From Eledone cirrhosa (taxonomy: Eukaryota): DNA of 64,000 nucleotides. Every line of letters starts with the position of its first letter. Position 1 is the first letter of the stretch. The DNA is taken from the NCBI GenBank assembly GCA_964016885.1, contig OZ024756.1, positions 40,982,001-41,046,000 of the forward strand. The letters are read 5' to 3'. The notes below the pieces were generated by a model. The model saw nothing but the letters and a program-made list of their open reading frames with translations, had not been told where the DNA came from and did no database searches. A program made the translations under genes and the position numbers. Below are positions 24,640 to 34,457 of the stretch, piece by piece.

Positions 24640-25090
24640 GTTATTTCATCAACAAAATGGCCTACTCATGAAATTAACATGTAAGTGGTTGAGTATTCCA
24701 CTTTTATACACATGTAGCCTTAATGTAATTCTCAGGAAGATTTAGCATGACTCAGTGTGTGTCAAGGCTGGCCCTTTAAACTACAAACAGTTGATCTGAT
24801 AAGCTTCCAAACAGTTTTCATTTCCCCAATTTCACACACAAAGCTTGGATCAACCTGAAGTTATGATATGAGACACTTGTTCAATGCTTGGATCAACCTG
24901 AAACTATGATGTAAGACACTCAAAGCTTAAATCACCATCAAACTATGATGTAAGACACTTGCTTAAGGCTTGGATCAACTTGAAGCTATGATGTAAAATA
25001 CTTGCTCAAGATGTACTGCAGTGGGACTGAACCAGCAACCTCATGATTGCAAAGTGAACTTCTTAACCATTCCTCTAAGCTGTAGCCATG
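24640..25090 (-). mobile_element. Old SINE fragments with an internal 4x~43-bp amplification
   Basis: GCAGTGGGACTGAACC (reverse B-box), AAGACACTTG core; GCTT-starting units at 24843, 24886, 24925 and 24968. Confidence 0.7.
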
Positions 25091-25717
25091 TTAAGCATTA
25101 TAATTTTGAGTTCACTTTTGGGACTTAAAGAATTAGTATTATGACAACAGCTATTTCTTCTTCTTTTGTCTTCTTCTCCTCTTCCTTCTTCTTGAACTTC
25201 TTCATCACGACAACACACAATCTTCAAGTAAGTCCTTACATTACTACAAATTTCTTAAGTCAATTACATAAACATTTCCCCAATTATTACAACTATTGAA
25301 GATACTTCACATTGTTTCTATAATTGTCAACTATTCTACCATTCTCACCTTAACCAAATAGAACGAAATACTTCCTTTTGTTTTTCATAATTCTTGAATA
25401 TACATTAAATGTTGAATGTTAAACATAGGGGGTGGGGTAAAACTACAAAAAGTAGCTACACCCTGACTATTTTCATATTCAAAATCATACTTTGTTTAAA
25501 TATTGATTAATGTGTCTAGAATGCTTTCAAAGGTAACATAATTTAATCAATACTATTGTATTGTGATGACAAGACTACCTACCTATATTGATTTAATAGA
25601 CACATAACCAGAGATTAATTGAAGAGGGATAAGTGAGTGTTATGGCATTCACACTTTTCCCAGAAAAATTAGAAACCTTGGGAGAAATCGCTTCAACAAA
25701 AATTGAAATGAAACTGG

Positions 25718-25830
25718 CATTACTCCAAAGACCTTTCAGAGGAACCCCATTTGGCTGCTTGTATTCATGATCGTATTCCTAAAGTCACTACCCAAGATTC
25801 ATGACCATAGCTAAGGGTTGGCACAAATAC
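25718..25830 (-). mobile_element. RTE LINE fragment, same family as 13646
   Basis: Minus-strand translation VPTLSYGHESWVVTLGIRS*IQAAK; DNA aligns with 13641-13740. Confidence 0.8.
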
Positions 25831-27648
25831 CAAATTAAAGATAACAAGTTTGGCTTTTACACCTGCCTCCCTTCTTTTAATGAACAAATATTAAGGTAAT
25901 ATACCTAGGTGGAGGCATATCTGTATGGCTAAGGTAATATATCAGATAACATATTTTATAGAAGAATTAAATGAGCTTACAATACTTTGTATGGCACATC
26001 TGAACTTTCTAGATTGCCCTTTACAGTGTATAAAGAAAGATTTAACATCATTTCCAGCCATAAATATCAAATTAAAATGTGAAGATGCTCTAAAGGGATC
26101 ATGTGTCACTGTTTATAGTTAAGTAGAGCAAAACATTTACTCAATCAAATTCAAACAGAAAACTATCAAAACACATGTACTATTAAGGAAGGTAGCAGTT
26201 TTGTTTACTGTAAACTGCAGTTAATAATATATATTTATATCAGGTCACTCTTGAGTGCTACTGGTTGCATATAACTAAATACAACCTGTCACAAGTTGTC
26301 AGCAACTAAACTGGCAACCCTATCAAGCTTGCTTGATGAGGAAGGTGATTTTTGGACACCCCACAGGATGAAAAACAAAACCCGTCAAAGGGCAGAGGAA
26401 CTCAGGTGAGTCAACGGGCAGAGGAACTCAGGTGAGTCAACGGCCATCCAATAGTGTGATAGCTTGTTAGCCTTTCTTGTCAGTCTGTCTAAGAGAAGGA
26501 TCACTGATTTCAAAACCAGGATAGATGGGACTCCATATCCTTAGTCCCCTTAGTGACAACCTTCCAAGTGGCCAATGGCTCCATCCTTGTGTTGTTTACA
26601 AATGGACAGATTTTCATAAAAATTTCCAGTAAGTTAAAGTAAAGATTTCAAATTTCAATAAGAGGCAGTTATAGTGCTGTTTTATACTTTTCAAGAATGC
26701 TTTGTTAATGTGGTTTCATGCAGTACAGGATATTAACAGTTAGTCTAATAAAAATCAAATAATTAATTTGAGTGGTTTTTGCTTTTTTCTATATTTCCCC
26801 ATATCAGTTCTTACAGGTGTTTCGATGATTAACAGATGTTCAATAGTTATCTAATCACAACAAAAAGAAGAAAATGTTTCTATAAATGAAAATGAATGAT
26901 GTTAGAGAATTTAGTCATTAACAGTTAAAATGTTAGTGAAGAAATGAATTAAAATAAAAGGCACCTTTGCAGAAATAATTAGGAACCTCAATTAACTAGA
27001 TTGTAGTTTATAAACATCTGATCTAATTATTTTTGGTTTGTTTGCTGTTGTTGTTTTTATTTTAAAAATATCTCTCTCATATGAAATTAAAGTTCAATTA
27101 TTGATATGATTTAAAGTAATGTGAAGACTCCCTAAGAACTACAAAGTATTTACAAGCTTAGCTCTGGTTTCATGCTATTAAGTGGACAAGAGATCAATTT
27201 TCCTCTGTGCAGGACACCAATTTATTACAGGTACTACTCCCAGGTGATCAGATACCTGCTCCTGAAATGAAATCACATCATGTAGAATAAAGTAACCTGC
27301 TAAGAAACAACAAAACACTTGCAACAAATATGTGTTGACAGTCTAATACTTTACCCACTTAACAATCTACCTTTAAACTGCTCAAATCTTGGTATATAAT
27401 CAGTTGAATTTGATTTTTATCTGTATTACCCCCCCCCCCCCCCCCCAACTTCTCATGCCGCTAGTCAAAGAAGTGGGGTTATATCTGGGTGTCTATTGCT
27501 AATACTAACCACTTCACCCCAAAGGATTGTAATGCATATTTCCAGAAAGGTAAACTAAGACAAGCAGAATAATTGTTTTGTACAAGATTACAATTCAATG
27601 GTTACACAGAGATCCCAGCAACAATCATACTATTAGGGTCAATAAGAT

Positions 27649-27822
27649 TTAACCCTTTCATTACCGTATTTCTAAAGAAAAATACAGCCTATGTTGTAGT
27701 AAAATAGCAAACATTCTCATTACTAAGCTAGTATTTGGAGCATAACTTAAAAGCTCTTACATCAAATTATTAATGCTTTAAAACAAATAGTGGTGGTTTC
27801 AGGTGGCTAAGCAACAAGGAGG
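27649..27822. mobile_element. Degenerate TTAA/CCC MITE
   Basis: Starts TTAACCCTTTCATTACCGTATTTCT; ends near GGTGGTTTCAGGTGG, as in the copy at 2640. Confidence 0.55.
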
Positions 27823-28842
27823 TGGATATACTGTTAACTTTACAACAATGTATATATTTTTTTAATGGGAATCATTTGTAGATCAAAAAGAGACACTTCT
27901 TCAATGATGAATACCTACATATGTTCAGTTTAAGGTGGAATATTATTGTATGTAACCTGTAATAAGAAATAGAGTTCAACTTATATAGCAGGTCAAGTTG
28001 AGGTGACTGGTGAACACTGGTCTAAAGGCTGAATACTGAAGTGACTTCACCAGACACAATAGATCAGTTCAATAGTGTATAAGCTAATGAATCAGTTGAC
28101 AATTTTAAGACACTGCTGTTGCTACAAATAACAACCAGTTGAATCTAACATTGCCTAGTTTTTACACCTAGGTAGACTGGGTTATATGAGAGTGAAGTGT
28201 CCTTGCCACAGACACAAAGCAGTGCCAATGACAGACTATGATCTGCAGACCCCACCTCTCTTCTCTCTCTCATATTCTCATATCATCATCATCGTTTAAC
28301 GTCCGTGTTCCACGAGAGAGAGAGAGAGAGAGGGGGGGGAGGGAGAGAGGTACAAAGCCAATCAAATCAGATCGGATCAAGGAAACAATGCTTCCATTGG
28401 TCTTTCCATTGCTGGTAGCATTAACTGGTATCAACTCCTGGAAGAAAGGAGCAGAATTTGAACTCAGAACACACAAAGCCAGGTGAAATACTGCAAAGCA
28501 TCCTGTTGGGCTCATTAGCAATTCTGCCAATCCATAATAATACCCCTTAACTGGTACTTTATTGACCCTAAAAGGAAGGCAAAGCTAGCCATGATGGAAT
28601 TTGAACTCAGTGTGCAGTGAACTACAACAAATAAAGGTATTTAAACCCAATGCTTAACAACTTTGTCAATTTGCTGCCGAATCAAACCATTGAAGAGACT
28701 GATAAGAGTTTTATTTTTTTATTTTAACAAAGGAGAAACTTAATTGTTGTGCAAGGCAAGGGATTATCTGAATGAATAAATATCAGTACATTACTGGCAC
28801 AATTTAATGTTCTTCCCATAAATGTAATATTAATTCAAGAAA

Positions 28843-29100
28843 GGCTAGTGGATACAGTGTTGGACTTATGATCATAATGTCAGGTTCAATTCCTGGACTG
28901 TGTTGTGTTCTTGAGCAAAACACTTCATTTCATGTTGCACCAGTTTACTCAGTTGAAAATGAGTACCAGTAGTAGCTTAGGGATTAACCCTGCAATGGAC
29001 TGGTGTTCTGTCCAGGGGGAGTGTTGTACTCTCAGTCACTTAACATCAAGGAAACTGGGATAAACCCCAGCCTAAAGTGCCTCAATGCTTGAAACAGACT
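28843..29100 (+). mobile_element. tRNA/CORE-like SINE with a V-domain-like 3' module
   Basis: GGTTCAATTCC B-box, CTTGAGCAAAACACTTCATTTCA core, then AACCCTGCAATGGACTGGTGTTCTGTCCAGGGG. Confidence 0.7.
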
Positions 29101-29419
29101 TTAGACATTTTTTTGTATTTAATGATAGGTACCAAACTAGTGACAGTAAATCCCTAAGTCATTTGTATTTTACTATCAATGCCATTATCACACACACTCT
29201 AGAAATATATATCACTAAAGTTAAGTCAGTTTGTATAAAGTTAAAGCAGGCTTCAGACAAAATCTGTGGTGTTTATATCAATTTAGATTAAATGACATAT
29301 CAAATCTCTTTCTTGAGAATTTAACCTTTGAAAACCTTTGAAAGTTAACATCATCTGAGTGACATGGATACTAAATACAACAAATGGGTCAGGACTGCTA
29401 CAACAAATTACACTTTAGC

Positions 29420-29757
29420 TCTACTATATTGTTTGAAAGTATCCGGAAATGAACCTCTACATAGTTTCTTGACCTGCTAGAGATAGGAGTCAAATCTCCC
29501 TCTAATCACACTATCATCTCAAAAATATATAAAGAAAGAAAAAGGACAAACACTGAATAAACAAAAAAAAAAAAAAGACAAATAAAATGAGATATCCACA
29601 GCTGGAATGTTTTTGAAAAAAAATCTGGTTGATCAGAGATGACTGAACATATGCCTCAAATCAGGACACACATACAGATAGGATAACCATAGCTAGAATG
29701 TATTTTTGTTTTTAGGAGCCCTGATCAGGGCTGACCTGGAGTTATAAACAACAACAA
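29420..29757 (+). mobile_element. Old retroposon 3' part with a (CAA)n tail
   Basis: GACCTGCTAGAGATAG...GCTGGAATG...GATCAGGGCTGACCTGG..AAACAACAACAA; a related copy is at 60340-60500. Confidence 0.55.
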
Positions 29758-30769
29758 TTAAGACAACAAAACACAGATTAAAGAAGAGACTCACAGAGGA
29801 GACAAAAGAGAAAGGAACAAGAATTGGTTTCAAATACTTTTCAGATTTTATTATATTATATATATATTTTTTAATTGAATCCTAATTTTGTTTTCTGTTG
29901 AAAATTTATGACTTTAATAAATTTCATTTATTATTATTTTTTTTTTTTTTTAAATTTAAACAGGATGTCGTTGATCAATTAATTTTTCAATTTCGGTACA
30001 AGACAAATCATTTTTAAAAGTAATGCTCTAAAAACGAGTTTATACACTTTAATGGGTTTTTTCTTTTTTTTTTTTTTTTGCAAGTTTTCAATTAAGATTG
30101 CAATGGTTTAATAAGAACCATGTTATTTCATAGCAAAATGGAATTGTAAAAAAAAAAACCAACAGAAAAACAAATACATCATAAAGCAAGTAAGCAGGGT
30201 GGGGGGGATAAAGGAGTATAAATAGCAGCACAAGCTAAAATCAAGCAACAAAAGATGACGAAAAAAAAAAATATTGATAATAGATGATGATGGCAATGAT
30301 GATGATGGTTATGGCGGCAGGGGGGGGGGGGGGACAATAATGATAGGGGTGATGATGATGATAGTAGTAGTAGTAATAGTAGCGGTGAAAATTCACCATT
30401 ATTGGTCATGGTAGTCTTTTGATATATTGACAATATGATGATGATTATGATGGAGATGGAGGGGTTCAGCAATCTTGTTAGTAACAGAGGCAACTGTCGT
30501 TATTTGGTAGGGATGTTATGTTAGATTTCTTTCTGTTAGATTTTTTTCTGATGGTGTTGAAAAACTAATAAGCTCAACTGCCATAAATCTGGGGAAGAGA
30601 AGGAACATAAGTAGTGATGATAATAAAAGCCATCAATGCTGCTTGGTCTTGAGTTGAGGAACTGGTTCAAGAAGAGGAGGAAGAGGAAGATATGGAGATT
30701 GGAGGGAGTTATGATTTCAGTAGTCTTGCTAATCATCACAAGAGGGGTAGCAGATGGAACTAAGTGTTG

Positions 30770-31072
30770 TAGTAGTGGTGCTCTATATAGTAGTAGTAGT
30801 AGAAATAGTAGTAGTGGTAGCAGAAGTAGTAATAGTGGTGATAGTAGAGGTGGTGGTGATGGTGGTAGTGGTGGTGGTGGTAGTAGTAGTGGAGGAGGTG
30901 GTGGTGGTGGTAGCGGTAGTAGTAGTAGTATTAATGGTGGTGCTGGTGATAGTAGTGAAGGTAGTGGTGATGGTGGTGGTGGTTTGTGAAAAGAAATGAA
31001 AATGATGTCAAGAGAAGTAATGGCAATGCTACCAAGCAAAGGTGACAGCAGCAGCAGCAGCAGTAGCAGCAG
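30770..31072. repeat. Mixed (AGT)n/(GGT)n/(CAG)n low-complexity tract
   Basis: Directly visible; source of the poly-G/S/V/P/L ORFs. Confidence 0.85.
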
Positions 31073-34000
31073 AGCTAACATGCTGCTGCTTCTGATGCTG
31101 CTTACAATCATTTTTATAATTAATGTAGTGCAATGTCATACAATTTTCAATCCCCCACAGCCCACCCCACTCCCCCACCTCCAAGCACCTTTATTTTATC
31201 TTTTAATGACAACATCGGTAACATGACAGGAAGTGAAGGGAAAATGTTGTAAAGAAGTATTGGTAGTAGGATGAATCATATCAAGAGTTTTAATGTCAAC
31301 ATAAACAAACAACAGTAGGAAGGTGTAAGATTTTACAAGAGCCTCCTCAATGTTAATGTTTTCAAGGGAATTTCAAAACTTTGCAAGCAACTGCTAAAAT
31401 AATAAAGGTCTATGCAATGATTAAAATAGTGTTTATTATTATTTTGTACACAACCTATTTTAGAGAGTTCTGCTAATAGTGTCATCATAAATTTACTGAT
31501 GGGTTTCATTTAGTTCTGAAATCTCAAATCCATGTTCAAATGGCATCCATCCATTGATAAATTTCTAAAAATATAATTTTCCCCTTTTTTAAATTTTTTT
31601 CACTTTTTTTTTTTCATTTTACTCTTTCAACTGTGTGGTGACAAATGTTTGTGTAACTATGATGGATGTGTATATGCAAAGGTATGCGTGTGTGTGTATG
31701 GATATAATATATATATATATATATATGATAGAGTGAAAGAGAGAGAGAGGTGGAAAGAAAGATTGTGTGTGTGTAACTATAATATTTTCTAACAAATGTA
31801 TTAATCAGCATCTTTAATATGAGCGTTGATTAGCTCAATTGAATTGATATCAAAAGATATATAGGCTCTGAATTAATAGAAGAAATGGAACAGATGAAAA
31901 AAAAAATTGTGAAAAATGTATGTATCACACATTAACTACAAATGGAAACACGCATTTTCTTTTTTCATGAGTATTATCAAATTGAAAAAATAATATCTGA
32001 AATCAGTTGACAACATTTAATTAAGACAATAAAAAAATATAAATAAAGAGCTGAACTTTAATTATGTCTCTTTAAAAGTTTTAATTTAAGCTCGAAGATG
32101 TTCAATGTACATATTTTTTTGTTTGCTTTTGGGGAAAAAAATGAAAACTTGATCAAATCAGTTTTTAGTAGCGACTGAAATTTTAGCAAAAAAAAATAAT
32201 AATAGTGATAAGTAAAATAAGAAACTCAATAAGCTGTGTGGTTATGACATACTTATTAAGAAGTTCTATGAAATAAAACTGAGCAAAAATCAAGTTCTCT
32301 CTCTATATATAACATCCTCTATGAAGTATGTCTATTTGAGATGTTTTAAAACTAGAGAAAAGGAAGAATTAAATTTAACAAAACTAGGTATCTTGAAAAA
32401 TATATATATATATATTAGCTAATGTTATAAAGTATTTTCTGCTTTGTTTCATCTGTTTTTAATTGCACAAACTAAATAATGATTTCTCAATAATTTCATG
32501 ATATTATTGCAATAAACAGTGTTTCAAATGTAATATTCTTTGAAATGATATCAATATCTTAGAGTTAGAAGAATAAAAATGAAGATCTGTATGAGTTGGT
32601 TAATATGTGCCAATCTTGTTAATGCATAGATAAATGGACACCATTTTCGTATTAAAAATATACAAATGGGTATATTAACCAATATAATATACAGGTATTA
32701 TTAATTTTTTTTATATTTGTAAATGATAAGTTCTGTTGATCTTATTTGACAAAATGATCAGCACTATTATAGTGACAAACATTACTGTCAAGGACAACTA
32801 GGAACATCTTATTGGGTTTTGAATAATGGTAAGGAAATTGATGAAATGTTCAAATATTACATACAGGTAAGTGGGAAATCATTTCACTGTCATCATTCAC
32901 CAACATGCTACCAACAAGACAATTAGTACTGTGAGTGTACCAGGAGTATATCAAGAGGCTCACATCTACACAATGATTTATAGAGATTAACTGAGACTGC
33001 AGTTAACAGTAACTAATTAATAAAAGAGTATGTACAAATGATGAGAGTTACCCAAATTAGAAACAATTGATATAAATGTTATAACAATTTTTTTTTGGTT
33101 TATTTTATTATAAGGACAGTTTCATTTAGTTTTTGAACAATCTGCAAAGATCAAAGGTTGCAAAGTAATTGTGTCTTAGTTAAAATATGCTACAAATGTA
33201 AACCAATATGGTTGGAAGTGAAGATCAATTTGTCGGCTTCAAATTCACAGTACATACTTAAAAGTAATCAGCAAATTTATAGTACGTACTTCAAATTTAC
33301 AGCACATACTTAAACTATAGGAGAATAATTACTATTTAAAGGAAAATGTTAGAAAAATCTAAAAATAAGAAGGTTAGTCGAAAACTAATCAAATTTTAGT
33401 CCTCTAATAATTGATTTTACAATATAAATTGGGCTTTGTCATTTTAATTTCAGATAAAAATGTTTTTTTAATGTTCAGGAAATGACTTATCAAATAATCT
33501 TTTAGAAAGAAGTTATGTATTTTAGGCCTACATAAGAAAATGAAATTTAGCATAAATAATTAAAAATGTAAAATCATAAATACTATAAATATATAATTGA
33601 AAATTAGAAATCTTAAATAAAATATTTAAAAACAAGAATTAAATTCCACTGGAAGTGCAAGTTAGAATCGAAAACTAAAAAACAAAGCAGCAAAAGAATT
33701 TGAATAAAAATTGAAAGTTAATTTTATTTTTAAATAATACTCTGCAGAAAATGTTTGTAATATGATGTCAAATTTCCCCCCCATGTACAGGTATGGAAAA
33801 CATTAAAAATAGTTCAATAAAAATCTAAAAGTTAACATAGTCTTGCTTTATTTATTACCCCAACCCTCTCTTTTTAAGTAGATGATTGTGTTCAAGTTGC
33901 TGGCATGCTTTTTAGCCCACAAATAGGAAAGGGCCAAATGTTTAGAACAATTCCGAGCATGGACAATGGACTTCTCTGCAGGGTGTCACCAAATAAAATG

Positions 34001-34457
34001 CATCACACACAATTTTACAAGTAAAAAAAAAAAAATCATTATTTCCTTTTTGAGAAAATAACATTTAGAGTTGATGTCTATTGATAATGATAGTTAATGT
34101 GAAGAAATATTGTCACATACAAAATACTATAATGTCTTTAATAGAAAATACTTAGAACCAAGATTGTCAGCAGTTATTTTGCTAACATCTATTCCAAATG
34201 TCCTGCATGTGTCTTCTTGAGTTTGCACATTTATCTTCAAACTGTATATTTCATAATTTTATGTAAAGAATTCTAGAAGTGTGAGAGTCTTAAAGATCCC
34301 CTGCAGCAAGTCCCAATAATAGAATCCAGTGGCAAGGAGTTTGCATGCGAACATTCAGGCTAATGGTAGTAGTAGAAATGTAAGTCTGTCGTAGAAAGCT
34401 TTTGAGGAGGGATAACTCCAAATATAGGACACACCAAAATACAAAGCAGTTAAACAA

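Noticed and set aside
26300-26450. HDV-like or twister ribozyme in a possible LINE leader
   Set aside because: I could not build the required pseudoknot pairings or find the conserved cores.
30179-31226. Poly-P/L/G/S/V ORFs, one resembling a signal peptide
   Set aside because: Explained by trinucleotide microsatellites that are open on both strands.
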